A DNA stretch of 64,000 nt from an uncultured archaeon (GCA_903904885.1 CAIVED010000044.1:5579-69578); one strand, 5' to 3'. Counted from the stretch's first letter, positions 48,120 through 58,583 are shown. A program made the numbers and translations. The notes: generated from the letters alone by a model not told the origin.

Positions 48120-48578
48120 ATGAAATACCAGTTTCTTGTGCTTTTTGCAATTGCTGCAATAATCCTGGCTGGCTGCGCAAGGCAGGAACCTGCTTCAACA
48201 GCAAGCCCGGCAGCAGCCGGAGCTAAAACAGATGCAACTGCCCCTGCAGCATCAGGTGGCGTTGACGTTGCAGCAATCAATCTTACAGCAAGCTCGCCAA
48301 GCTACAGCCCAGCGGATAGGGTTTCATTCTATCCTGTTGTGCAAAATCTCGGAGATGCTGTGACTGGCGTCGATGTGGGGCTTTATATAGACAACAAACT
48401 AATACACACATTCACATTTGATTTCAAGAAAAGTGGCGAAATGAAAAGCGGGCTTTTCACCTGGTACCCTGAAAAGGAAGGCAGCTATTCTGCTAAAATT
48501 GCTGTCGACCCCGACAGCAGGCTGAACGACAAAAATCCCGCAAACAACCAGTTCTCGACGAATATCCAGATAGGATAA
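48120..48578 (+). CDS. CARDB-domain lipoprotein
   Basis: LAGC lipobox; VQNLG...VDPD...NN. Confidence 0.8.
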   Translation: MKYQFLVLFAIAAIILAGCARQEPASTASPAAAGAKTDATAPAASGGVDVAAINLTASSPSYSPADRVSFYPVVQNLGDAVTGVDVGLYIDNKLIHTFTFDFKKSGEMKSGLFTWYPEKEGSYSAKIAVDPDSRLNDKNPANNQFSTNIQIG

Positions 48579-48623
48579 ACCGCCATGGAAACTTTTTTAA
48601 AGCTTCCCAGTTTGTCCTAGTCC

Positions 48624-50690
48624 ATGGCCTATGAATTAATTATCACAGAGAAGCCCAAAAGCGCCCTTAAGATAGCCCAGGCGCTCGACGACAAGATTGG
48701 CAAGGATGCCATAAACGGTGTTCCTTTTTACAAACTGAAATACAAGGGGAAGGAAATTGTCATAACATCCGCAGTTGGCCATTTGTACAGCCTGGCTGAA
48801 AAAACCTCAAGCAAGTGGGCCTATCCTGTGTTTGACATCGAGTGGAAAGAGGGCAGCGAAGTAAAAAAAGAAAGCTCCCATGTTGCAAAATACATAAATG
48901 CAATAAAAAAACTGTCGAAGGACGCGAATTCTTTCACAGTCGCAACAGATTATGACATTGAAGGGGAAGTTATCGGGCTGAATGTGGTCCGCTATGCATG
49001 CAAGCAGAAGGATGCCGCAAGGATGAAGTTCTCAACATTGACAAAGCCGGATTTAATCAAGGCCTATGAAAACAAGTCAAAAAAGCTTGACTGGGGAATG
49101 GCCCTGGCAGGAGAAACGAGGCATGAGCTGGACTGGTATTATGGCATCAACATTTCAAGGGCGCTTACCCATGCGATTAAGACAACAGGAATGTTCAAGA
49201 TTCTGAGTTCAGGAAGGGTCCAGGGCCCTGCGCTGAAAATTGTTGTTGACAAGGAAAAGGAAATCATGAAATTCAAGCCAGAACCATATTGGCAGATAGA
49301 GCTTCTTGGAAATGTTTCCGGCGCATTGATTGACGCATGGCATATTGCGGACAGGTTCTTTGACAAGAAAAAAGCAGATGCAGTGATGGAGAAAACCAAA
49401 AACCAGAAGGCAAAAATAAGCGATGTTGACAGAAGGAGATTCAACCAGGATGCGCCGAATCCGTTTGATTTGACAACCCTGCAGACAGAGGCCTACAGGT
49501 GCTTCAAAACCAGCCCTAAGAACACGCTTGCAATTGCCCAGAGCCTTTACACAGAAGGTTTTATTTCTTACCCGAGAACAAGCTCCCAGGTTTTGCCAAA
49601 GGAAATCGGATATGATAAAATCCTGGATGATCTTGGGGTGCAGAAAATTTACGCAAAGCTTACTTCACAATTATTAAAAAAGGGCAAGCTTGAGCCGAAC
49701 AACGGCACAAAAACAGACCCTGCCCATCCGGCAATTTATCCCACAGGAATCGAGCCGAAAAATCTCGATGAGCGGGAAGCAAAGGTGTATGACTTGATTG
49801 TCAAAAGGTTCCTTGCCACATTCGCTGATATCGCAGTAAGGGAAACGCTGAAGATTGAGATTGACTGCAATGGGGAAAAATTTGTTGCAAAGGGCACGGT
49901 CACAATTGAAAAGGGCTGGCATATTTTTTACGAGCCCTACACTGATTTCAAGGATGAGGAACTGCCTAATGTGAAAAAAGGCGAAGAGGTAAAGGTTGTC
50001 GAGATAAAAATGCATGACAAGGAAACCCAGCCGCCAAGAAGATATACTCCTGCCTCAATAATCAAAGAGCTGGAAAAAAGAAATCTTGGCACAAAGGCCA
50101 CAAGGGCAAATATTATTGACACTCTTTATGATAGGGGCTATGTCAGCGGGGAAAATCTCCAGGCCACTGAACTTGGAATAAAAACCGTTGAGAGCCTTGA
50201 GCAGTTCTGCCCGGAGATTGTTGACGTTGAGCTGACCAGGCACTTTGAAGAGGAGATGGATGAAATCCAGGAAGGGAAGAAAAAGCCCCAGGAGATTCTT
50301 GATGAGGCAAAGAAAGTCCTAACAAAAATACTTGAGGAAATAAAAAAGAAGGAAGGCCAGATTGGCGAGAAACTGCGGGAGGCCTTCAAGGAAACCACAA
50401 GGAAAGCCAACATTCTTGGGAAATGCCCTGCCTGCAAGGAAGGCAATTTAAGGATAATTGTTTCAAGAGCATCCGGCAAGAGGTTCATTGCCTGTGACAA
50501 ATATCCGGAGTGCAAAACCACCTTCGGAATCCCCCAGGGCGGGGCGATAAAAGAAGTCAAGGAGCTGTGCAAGGACTGCGGTTATCCGATGATTCTTGTT
50601 TTGACAAAAGGAAAGAGGCCGTGGAAATTATGCATGAACCCTAATTGTCCGTCTAAACAACAAATGATGAATGCGAGTGTGGAGATATAA
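48624..50690 (+). CDS. topA: DNA topoisomerase IA (archaeal) with C-terminal zinc ribbons
   Basis: ITEKP, ATDYDIEGE, SSGRVQ, ISYPRT, LGTKATRA. Confidence 0.96.
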   Translation: MAYELIITEKPKSALKIAQALDDKIGKDAINGVPFYKLKYKGKEIVITSAVGHLYSLAEKTSSKWAYPVFDIEWKEGSEVKKESSHVAKYINAIKKLSKDANSFTVATDYDIEGEVIGLNVVRYACKQKDAARMKFSTLTKPDLIKAYENKSKKLDWGMALAGETRHELDWYYGINISRALTHAIKTTGMFKILSSGRVQGPALKIVVDKEKEIMKFKPEPYWQIELLGNVSGALIDAWHIADRFFDKKKADAVMEKTKNQKAKISDVDRRRFNQDAPNPFDLTTLQTEAYRCFKTSPKNTLAIAQSLYTEGFISYPRTSSQVLPKEIGYDKILDDLGVQKIYAKLTSQLLKKGKLEPNNGTKTDPAHPAIYPTGIEPKNLDEREAKVYDLIVKRFLATFADIAVRETLKIEIDCNGEKFVAKGTVTIEKGWHIFYEPYTDFKDEELPNVKKGEEVKVVEIKMHDKETQPPRRYTPASIIKELEKRNLGTKATRANIIDTLYDRGYVSGENLQATELGIKTVESLEQFCPEIVDVELTRHFEEEMDEIQEGKKKPQEILDEAKKVLTKILEEIKKKEGQIGEKLREAFKETTRKANILGKCPACKEGNLRIIVSRASGKRFIACDKYPECKTTFGIPQGGAIKEVKELCKDCGYPMILVLTKGKRPWKLCMNPNCPSKQQMMNASVEI

Positions 50691-50724
50691 AAAGATTTAT
50701 ATATTCATTTGTATAAATTTAATT

Positions 50725-51591
50725 ATGGCAAACGAAGAGGTGCTTGTTCGAAAGGATAGGATATTGCCTAGAAGCGCTCCGGATAAATTATTCTTAAGTT
50801 TATTAATGGGCGGAGCGTGGCACAAGGACTGGACTTTTGAGGAAAGAAGAGCAAATTGGAATAAGATGGTTAGGGAATTTATGATAGTGCCAATAATCCT
50901 TGAACATATAAGTCTTAAGGGATTAAATTTTAAGGGATTTATGTTTTACCGGGCTATTCTTTCCAGAGCAAATCTTGAAGGAGCCAATCTTTCAGAAACT
51001 GACATGCGAAATTCCCGTCTTTCCTATGCTAACCTTTCAGGTGCAAATCTTTCATCTGCAAATCTTGAAGGAGCAAATTTACTTTGCGCAAATTTGGCAG
51101 GCGCAGATATGCGAGTTGCTAACCTAAAAAATGCCAACTTAAACAGCGCCATTTTAACCGCAGCGAATCTTTCCGGGGCATGTCTTCAAAATGCAAATAT
51201 ATCAACTGCTGCGTCTGGTCATAGTAAGACACATCTTGATAGGGCTAATCTTTCAGGAGCAGACTTGTCAGACGCAACGGTAATAAAGGCAATTCTTTCT
51301 CATGCAGATCTCTCAGGAGCATACTTTCACAACACAGAGATAAAACTATCAAATTTAAGTTACTCTAACCTTTCTAAAGCTACCTTTTATGGTGGGGAAA
51401 TCAACAACGTTGATTTGTCAGGTGCAAATCTTCAGGAAGCAAAGTTTACAAAAGTTGATATAAGCCCTAAAAGCACTGAAAGCTTGAGATTGGCGAATGT
51501 TTCTGGTGCTATTTTTGAAAATGTACGCTTCAACGTTAAAGAGCAAGTTCTTGAAGAGCTCAGGAGTCGTGGCGCCATCATAGTGGAATAA
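50725..51591 (+). CDS. Pentapeptide repeat protein
   Basis: Long run of A(N/D)LxG repeats. Confidence 0.92.
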   Translation: MANEEVLVRKDRILPRSAPDKLFLSLLMGGAWHKDWTFEERRANWNKMVREFMIVPIILEHISLKGLNFKGFMFYRAILSRANLEGANLSETDMRNSRLSYANLSGANLSSANLEGANLLCANLAGADMRVANLKNANLNSAILTAANLSGACLQNANISTAASGHSKTHLDRANLSGADLSDATVIKAILSHADLSGAYFHNTEIKLSNLSYSNLSKATFYGGEINNVDLSGANLQEAKFTKVDISPKSTESLRLANVSGAIFENVRFNVKEQVLEELRSRGAIIVE

Positions 51592-51656
51592 GGAGATTTC
51601 CTACCCCAGTATACAAAATAGTAACATTTATATATTGGTCTTTGTTCACGGTATAT

Positions 51657-54299
51657 ATGGTATATATCAAGAGAGGCAGCGCAAATGATTCTATCATTTG
51701 CTGGTCTTTTTTCGCTAACGCTCAAAAAGGCGCAATACTATTTACCATCTTCCTGCTGGCAGCTTCTATTGTTTTGGCAGCCCATTCTGCGTCTGTAATA
51801 ACTGATTATTCGCCAATCTACGAAACAACATCGGGCAACTTCTCACTCACGGTTTCAAACGGGATTTTGAGCTCAAATTCAATAAACAATGTTTCCGCCG
51901 CTTTGAACGGATTCAGCCTTCTGTCGACAATCGCTTTAGTCGGCTGGCAGCCGAATTCATCGGGCAATGTTCTGTCATTCCTTACATCAGATCACAAAAT
52001 CAGCAACTGGGGAAGCCAAACTTTCGGCTTCCAGCTGAAGGCAGGGAATGTCGACCAGAATACAACAGTTGACTGGCCGGTTACATCGGTAGACACGGCA
52101 GGAGCAGCAGATGTTGACACTCTTCAGATTCTCATATTGAACGATGACACCGCGCCAATAATATCTGGCATAATTCCACAAAATGGCTCGTTCATAAAAA
52201 AAGGAACATCCAGCCAGCAGTTCTCGCTGATAGCAGTTGACCCTGAGACAGGCGTTGCGTCAGTAGCAGGAAAATACGGCCTCTGCAGCAATCTCTCAGT
52301 TTCACTTTCATTCACAAAAACAAACGACAGCTACATGACAACCAGCGACCTTTCATCATACGATGACAGCACTGTTTTGTGCTATGAATATGATGCCCAA
52401 AACAACGGCGGCGCAACAGCTGTTATAAACGGAATGTTCACAATTGACGGCGTTCCTCCAGTTGTAACATTAATCTACCCTGACAATGGGATTTACATGA
52501 ACAACAATTCACTATTCAGCTATTCTGCAACAGACAATCTTGCGCCGACAATAAGCTGCGCGGTTTCAGCAGACAATTCAGAGTTTGATTCCGTAATAAT
52601 CAACAACGGAGAAACAGCAAATGCCTCGGTTGATAATCTTTCAGAGGGCCAGCATAGCTGGAATGCAAGCTGCACCGATTTGGCAGGCAACAAAGGGGTT
52701 TCTGAAACAAGGTCATTCACACTTGACAGGACAGCGCCTTTAATCAATGTAACAAGCCCAGGCTCAGGCGCAGTGAACAAGGCAGGAATCCCGGTTAATG
52801 TTACTGTAACAGACAATTACGGAGTTGCCTCAATCTGGTACGAATTCCAGGACACAAGATATGACAATGTAACAAGCCAGTTCTCGGTCAATACAGACAA
52901 TGCAACAGACGGCGAGAATGTTGTCTCAATCCACGCAACAGATGTTGCAGGCAACGAGGCAGTCCTTAATTATGTGATGATTGTTGACAAAAAAGCGCCC
53001 ACAATAGATTTAACATCCCCCGAAGACAATGCAACTGTGGATGTCCATGTTCCTTTCGTGATGACTGTAACTGACAATTATGATCCTTTGCTTGACTGCT
53101 CGGTAATTGTTGACGGTGTTTTCTGGTCAAACCTGTCCGCTGAAAACGGCAATGTGACAAGGGAAACTGTCATTATACCTCCGGGAGCAAAATCAATAAT
53201 GGTCCAGTGCACTGATGATGCTGACAACTCAGGCCAGACTGAAGCAAGGATGGTTAACATCCAGGACATGTCAGGGCCTGACATAATAATAAACGATGTC
53301 CAGGATGTTGTGAGGGGTGAAACCGCAGTTTTCATTGCAAACATAACTGACATAAGCGGAATTGATGATTCCTCTGTAAGCGCATTATTAACACTGCCAA
53401 ACGGCTCATCAGAGCCGGTATCATTAAGCAAAAGCGGAGATATTTACACAGGCAGCTATCCCACAACCGCAGATTCCGAGCTTGGAGAATACAACCTGGA
53501 GATAGATGCAAAGGACACAATCGGCAACGGAAACAATGCAAGCGAAAAATTCAATGTCATACATTCCTATTCTGTGACCCTTCAGGTAACAAGCCCGGTC
53601 TATGAAAACGACCAGGTGACTGTTTCAGGAACAGCAGCAAGGGATGACGGCAATCCTGTTGCAGGAAATAAAATAGATGTTGCCCTCCCATCAGGAAACG
53701 CAACCCTTGATTTGGTTAACAATTCATTTTCAACAGCATTCAGCGCGCCTTCCCAGGGAAGCTATCCAATCAAGGCATGGATACTGATTGGCAACAGGGA
53801 GTTCAATGCAACAAAAAATCTTCAAGTTGATGCAAGAAGCTCCGGCGGAGGAGGGCACCACAGCAGCGGCGGAAGCAGCGGAAGCGGCGGCCATGTCACA
53901 GTTGCAATGCCTCCAAGCGGAGATAATGCAGGCCTGCTAACATGCGACTGCAGCGAGGATCAGGACTGCATAGACGGAAAGTGCGTGAGCAAGCCAAAGC
54001 AGGTTGTTGTGGAGACGGAAAAGGAACCTTCAGCAACTCCTGTTGAGCCGGTTGTTTCAGGAAATAATGCAGGCAATGTGACTGTTGCAGACAACAGCGG
54101 GGCAGGCATAGGAAAGGCATCAGGATTCTTCAACCTAAGCAACGTCAGCTGGAGCACACTGCTTTGGATAATACTGGGAATCATAGTCATAGCCGGAGCG
54201 ATAAAAATGCTTTCAGGAAACAGCGGCGGAAACAGCGGATTTAATTTCTCTGAGATGGAAAGATACATCAAGCAAAGAAAGCGAAACTCAAGGGAGTAA
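51657..54299 (+). CDS. Large surface protein with tandem Ig-like domains and C-terminal TM
   Basis: Repeated D..(A/P)P.I...P and D.AGN motifs, Gly/Ser linker, small Cys cluster, TM. Confidence 0.85.
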   Translation: MVYIKRGSANDSIICWSFFANAQKGAILFTIFLLAASIVLAAHSASVITDYSPIYETTSGNFSLTVSNGILSSNSINNVSAALNGFSLLSTIALVGWQPNSSGNVLSFLTSDHKISNWGSQTFGFQLKAGNVDQNTTVDWPVTSVDTAGAADVDTLQILILNDDTAPIISGIIPQNGSFIKKGTSSQQFSLIAVDPETGVASVAGKYGLCSNLSVSLSFTKTNDSYMTTSDLSSYDDSTVLCYEYDAQNNGGATAVINGMFTIDGVPPVVTLIYPDNGIYMNNNSLFSYSATDNLAPTISCAVSADNSEFDSVIINNGETANASVDNLSEGQHSWNASCTDLAGNKGVSETRSFTLDRTAPLINVTSPGSGAVNKAGIPVNVTVTDNYGVASIWYEFQDTRYDNVTSQFSVNTDNATDGENVVSIHATDVAGNEAVLNYVMIVDKKAPTIDLTSPEDNATVDVHVPFVMTVTDNYDPLLDCSVIVDGVFWSNLSAENGNVTRETVIIPPGAKSIMVQCTDDADNSGQTEARMVNIQDMSGPDIIINDVQDVVRGETAVFIANITDISGIDDSSVSALLTLPNGSSEPVSLSKSGDIYTGSYPTTADSELGEYNLEIDAKDTIGNGNNASEKFNVIHSYSVTLQVTSPVYENDQVTVSGTAARDDGNPVAGNKIDVALPSGNATLDLVNNSFSTAFSAPSQGSYPIKAWILIGNREFNATKNLQVDARSSGGGGHHSSGGSSGSGGHVTVAMPPSGDNAGLLTCDCSEDQDCIDGKCVSKPKQVVVETEKEPSATPVEPVVSGNNAGNVTVADNSGAGIGKASGFFNLSNVSWSTLLWIILGIIVIAGAIKMLSGNSGGNSGFNFSEMERYIKQRKRNSRE
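51678..51731. repeat. 54-bp double-hairpin segment in-frame within the signal-peptide coding region
   Basis: gcaaatgat-tct-atcatttgc and gtcttttt-tcgctaacgctc-aaaaaggc. Confidence 0.65.
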
Positions 54300-54301
54300 A
54301 A

Positions 54302-55132
54302 TTGCTAGAGCAACTAAGACTTAATCTTGTGGAGCGAAGGCCTTATGTTGCGTTTTTCATAGGAATTGCCTATGTTTTCATTGCTTTCCTGACATCAAAG
54401 ATTTTCTTTCCGCAGATAATCTCCGTGGCAACACTGTTCCTTGTTACGCTTCTTTTGGTTCCCACGGTAATAAAGCTGATGGGCGACGAGGAAGAGCGCG
54501 AGAGCAAGGACGGAACCAGGAATTTTTTCAGGGACCACAGGGATATTTTTGAGGTGTACATATTTTTATTCCTCGGGCTTCTTGCCGGCTCGCTTCTGCT
54601 TGCCTGGAGCACAGACATCTCCAATTTCAGCTACCAGATGAACTACCTCCAGCACAATGAGGGGCTGAGCAGCGAGCTGATTCAGTCAAAGGCTGCAACA
54701 GGGCTGACTTTCTCGCTTAATTCCTTTCTCGGCGTCCTGCAGAACAATCTCCTGGTGATTCTCATATGCTTTGCACTGTCCTTTTTTTACGGCGCAGGCG
54801 CAATGTTCCTGGTAGTGTTAAATGCCAGCATATTCTCAACATTCATTTTCTTTGTCATGCGGGAGCTTCCAACCATGGCAAACAAGGCGGCAATACTCGC
54901 AATATTCTGCATCCATATGGTGCCTGAGCTTGCGGGATTCCTGCTGGCGGCAATAGCTGGCGGTGTTATTTCCAAGGCTGTCATGAATGAGAAGATTTTC
55001 AGCGAGCAGTTCAGGAATGTAATGAAGGATGCGCTTGTCTTGTTTTTGATGGCAGCAGTAATAATTGTAATCGCAGCTTTCCTTGAGTCATATGTCACAA
55101 CATCGCTGTTTAACCTGCTTATAGCTAAATGA
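54302..55132 (+). CDS. SpoIIM-family membrane protein
   Basis: NNL.V...NA...IHMVPELAG...AAFLES. Confidence 0.85.
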   Translation: MLEQLRLNLVERRPYVAFFIGIAYVFIAFLTSKIFFPQIISVATLFLVTLLLVPTVIKLMGDEEERESKDGTRNFFRDHRDIFEVYIFLFLGLLAGSLLLAWSTDISNFSYQMNYLQHNEGLSSELIQSKAATGLTFSLNSFLGVLQNNLLVILICFALSFFYGAGAMFLVVLNASIFSTFIFFVMRELPTMANKAAILAIFCIHMVPELAGFLLAAIAGGVISKAVMNEKIFSEQFRNVMKDALVLFLMAAVIIVIAAFLESYVTTSLFNLLIAK

Positions 55133-55875
55133 AAACGAAAATAATAGCAACCATCGGCCCTTCAAGCAGAAGCGAGAGCATCCTGAGGCAGATGGTGAAT
55201 GCAGGAATGGGCATCGCAAGGATAAACACCAAGTATGCCTCCATTGGTGAGATAGCAGACATAACCCAAAAGCTCGGGAAGATAGGGAAATGCCGGATTC
55301 TCATGGACATCAAGGATGAAAAAACAGTCAGTTTCCTGAAAAAATGCAAATTTGACTACCTTGCGGTCTCATTTTCAGAATCAGCCGAGCAGCTCAGGAA
55401 GATAAGGAAGCTCTTTTCCCCTTTGAAAATAAAAATAATTGCAAAGATAGAAACAAAAAAGGGAGTTAGGAACATTGACAGCATAATCAAAGAGAGCGAC
55501 GGGGTCATGGTTGCCAGGGGGGATTTGGGGAGGAACGTGCCGTTTGAAAAGGTGCCGATTTTCCAGAAGCTCATAATAAAGCGCTGCAGGAAAAAGGGCA
55601 AGCTGGCAATAACCGCAACTGAGATGCTTCTTTCAATGACAAAATCCCAGCTTCCTGAGCGGTCAGAAACAAGTGATGTTGCAAATGCCGTCCTTGACGG
55701 CTCTGACGCCCTGATGCTTTCAGAGGAGACAGCCATAGGAAAATATCCTGTTCTTGCGGTCCAGACAATGCGAAAAATCACTGCAGAGACAGAGAAAGGC
55801 CAGAAGCTTCTTGAGCTGGAGAGCATCTATCCTGAAAGGTACAAGCTTTCAAAATACTGCTCAGCCAGAATTTAG
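55129..55875 (+). CDS. pyk: Pyruvate kinase, barrel-only short form
   Basis: TKIIATIGP, AKIE, MVARGDLG, ATEML.SM, DVANAVLDG.DA.MLS.ETA.GKYP. Confidence 0.88.
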   Translation: MKTKIIATIGPSSRSESILRQMVNAGMGIARINTKYASIGEIADITQKLGKIGKCRILMDIKDEKTVSFLKKCKFDYLAVSFSESAEQLRKIRKLFSPLKIKIIAKIETKKGVRNIDSIIKESDGVMVARGDLGRNVPFEKVPIFQKLIIKRCRKKGKLAITATEMLLSMTKSQLPERSETSDVANAVLDGSDALMLSEETAIGKYPVLAVQTMRKITAETEKGQKLLELESIYPERYKLSKYCSARI

Positions 55876-56162
55876 GATTTCTTTTTTACAAACAGCGAGC
55901 ACCAGCATTCACCTTTGTCCTGCCAGGTTTTCTGCATCCTGAAATTGCAGGGGCAGATTATCTTGATGTCATCATCAAACCTTCCTGTTGTGATTCTGCA
56001 CGGGCAGAACTTTAGCCCGTGGTTTTCCTCGTTGTCCAGAACTCCCTTTGCCAGCTGCTCAACCCTTTTCATGTCCGGATTGAGAAAGAATTTGTCATCA
56101 GTTTGCAGGCCGGCAAAATCCTGCCAGATTTTAACTAATTTATCTATTTCTTCTTTGCCCAT
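55872..56162 (-). CDS. Ferredoxin-thioredoxin reductase catalytic subunit-like protein
   Basis: CPC...CPC...CWC.LF. Confidence 0.9.
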   Translation of the reverse strand: MGKEEIDKLVKIWQDFAGLQTDDKFFLNPDMKRVEQLAKGVLDNEENHGLKFCPCRITTGRFDDDIKIICPCNFRMQKTWQDKGECWCSLFVKKKS

Positions 56163-56425
56163 TTTTTAAGGTCCTCATAGCTTGCTTCCCCGCAGAATGC
56201 CCGATTGTTTTCCTCGTCAAGGAAAGTCGGGACTCCAAGCTCGCCGCCGCAGGATTTTTTTATCAGGTCTTCATGTTTGCGCATTTTGTCAGCGTTTTCC
56301 TTGCTGTGCCATACTTCAAGCTTTTCGATTTCTACGCCCGCTTCTTTTATCAGCCTGTCTGCCAGGGGCATCATTATATGGCAGTGGGGGCACTCCTTTC
56401 CGTGAAACATTATTATTTTTGTCAT
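56144..56425 (-). CDS. Thioredoxin/glutaredoxin-like protein
   Basis: CPHC, GVPTF. Confidence 0.88.
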   Translation of the reverse strand: MTKIIMFHGKECPHCHIMMPLADRLIKEAGVEIEKLEVWHSKENADKMRKHEDLIKKSCGGELGVPTFLDEENNRAFCGEASYEDLKKWAKKK

Positions 56426-56679
56426 AGCCCGATTATTTTCCTGAACTCCTTCTCGTTTATTTCAACATAGGAATTGACGTGCTCGCAGGTGGGGCACGGG
56501 GAGGGGAATCCTGTTCCGATATGAATGTCGTTGCAAACATTGCATCTCCAGAACTTCATTTTCCCGGGATTCTTCAGGGAATTTTCAACGTCCGCCTTTG
56601 TTGCCGGGACAAATCCCTTTGGGCAGCCGGCTCCGAAATGAATCCCGCCTGCGCTGCCTTTGAAAATTGTTTTGTTCAT
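56422..56679 (-). CDS. Rubredoxin-like protein
   Basis: WRCNVCNDIH...PSPCPTC. Confidence 0.8.
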   Translation of the reverse strand: MNKTIFKGSAGGIHFGAGCPKGFVPATKADVENSLKNPGKMKFWRCNVCNDIHIGTGFPSPCPTCEHVNSYVEINEKEFRKIIGL

Positions 56680-56765
56680 GCTGTTTTAAATCATTATTTT
56701 TTTATAAACCTTTCTTATTGGCCTTTTTCATAATCTTTAAATACCCCCTGTCAGGACGTTCTGCC

Positions 56766-58559
56766 ATGAAAAACAAACTTGCTGTCTTATTGTTCATAGT
56801 GCTAGTTTCATTTCCCATTGTTTTAGCCAGAAGCGGCTCTGTGAAGCTTCTTGCGGTTACAGAGGGCGGGAACAACACCTATGGCGGCAGCGTTGTTGAC
56901 ATGCGCCTGGAGATAAAGGAAGGAACAGGCCGGGTTTTCATTGATTCCTTCCCGCTGACAAAACTGGATACGCAGATAACCACAAGAACCGCAAGGCAGA
57001 TTGCCTGCGATTATGTTGGGGACGGCTGCGATTCCTATGATTTCTTTTATACCATAAATTCCTCTGCTGTAATTGTCGGGGGGCCGAGCGCAGGGGCTGC
57101 AACAACAGCGCTGACAGTTGCTGTTCTCCAGAACCTGAAGATAAATGATTCCGTTGCCATAACAGGCACAATAAATTCGGGAAACATAGTCGGCACCATC
57201 GGAGGGCTCAGCGAAAAAATCAAGGCTGCCTCTGATGCGGGCGTGAAAACAGTTCTTGTTCCATTCGGGGAGACTGTCAAGGAAAATAACAAGACAATAT
57301 CCCTTGTTGACTACGGCAGGGGCCTTAACTTGAGCATAGTTGAGGTCTCAACGCTTGAGGATGTTATGGAACGCCTGACCGGAGTGAAAAGAAAGGCGCC
57401 TGAAAGGAATTTTTCAATAAGCCCTGTTTACATTTCAACAATGAGGAATGTTGCAGAAGCGCTGTGCAACAGGAGCGCTGCCATAATGATAAACATGCTT
57501 CATGAGAATTTCCAGAATGGCAATGTGCTTGACAATGAATCCCTGGGACTGGAGCAGGATTCAAGCAATCTCACTGAAAAGGCAAAGGATGCGATGAAAA
57601 AGGGGGCCTATTACAGCGCCGCCAGCTACTGCTACGGCTCTGGCCTGAAAAACACTCAGATGCTTCTCATTGAGCAGAATCTTTCTGCCGCAAAAATGAA
57701 TCGGACAATGCTGAATATTTCCAGGCAGGTTGAAGATTACCGCAAATCAGTGGACAAATGGAAAATAGGCACAATAACAGACCTTGAGGCATACATGATA
57801 GTCAATGAGCGGCTGTCTGAAGCTGAGGACAACATCGCTGATTTTTACAGTGCAATGAAAAAGAATGGCACAGAAGAATTGGTTCTGGACCTTGCCAGCG
57901 CAATTTCAAGGCTAAACAGCGCAAAGTCCTGGTCTGAATTCTACGGCAGGGGCGGCGTTCCAATAAAGATCGATGCTGAGGCGCTGAAAAATTCCTGCGA
58001 GCAGAAGCTTTCGGAGGCAGAGGAGCGCTATCAGTATGTTAATTTTTATTTCCCCGGCATTTTGTCTGACATAAACGGGGACATCAGCAAGGCAATGCTG
58101 AATTTCAAGTCACAAAATTATGCCATGTGCCTTTTTTTGGCAACAAAGGCAAAGGCTGACGTTGATTCCGTTGCAAGCTCAATGGGAGTTGAGTCTGCGG
58201 GAGTGGATTTGCTTATAGACCAAAGGTTGAATGTCTCTAAAAACGTTATTGCGGAGCAGAATGCAAAGGGGATGTTCCCGATTTTAGGATACAGCTATTA
58301 TGAGTATGCAATCGATTTGATGCAGGGAAATGAAACAGGCAGCAAGGCAACAGCTTTGATTTACACCGGCTATTCGCTTGAGATGAGCAAGCTGGACATC
58401 TATTTCAGGGAATACAAGTCCGGCTTCAAAATAAATACCGGCAGCCTGAGGTACGCTTTCATATTCCTTGCGGGATTTGTATTTGGGGTTTTTGTGTATG
58501 ACTGGGTTGTGAAGCTGAGAAGGAAAAATGAAATTCCCAGGCGCAGAAATAAAAAATGA
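56766..58559 (+). CDS. Archaeal S16 (Lon-like) secreted serine protease with C-terminal TM
   Basis: Signal peptide, GGPSAG, ITGTIN, GGLSEK; no ATPase domain. Confidence 0.9.
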   Translation: MKNKLAVLLFIVLVSFPIVLARSGSVKLLAVTEGGNNTYGGSVVDMRLEIKEGTGRVFIDSFPLTKLDTQITTRTARQIACDYVGDGCDSYDFFYTINSSAVIVGGPSAGAATTALTVAVLQNLKINDSVAITGTINSGNIVGTIGGLSEKIKAASDAGVKTVLVPFGETVKENNKTISLVDYGRGLNLSIVEVSTLEDVMERLTGVKRKAPERNFSISPVYISTMRNVAEALCNRSAAIMINMLHENFQNGNVLDNESLGLEQDSSNLTEKAKDAMKKGAYYSAASYCYGSGLKNTQMLLIEQNLSAAKMNRTMLNISRQVEDYRKSVDKWKIGTITDLEAYMIVNERLSEAEDNIADFYSAMKKNGTEELVLDLASAISRLNSAKSWSEFYGRGGVPIKIDAEALKNSCEQKLSEAEERYQYVNFYFPGILSDINGDISKAMLNFKSQNYAMCLFLATKAKADVDSVASSMGVESAGVDLLIDQRLNVSKNVIAEQNAKGMFPILGYSYYEYAIDLMQGNETGSKATALIYTGYSLEMSKLDIYFREYKSGFKINTGSLRYAFIFLAGFVFGVFVYDWVVKLRRKNEIPRRRNKK

Positions 58560-58583
58560 CTAATTTTTTGTTAAAATAAAATC

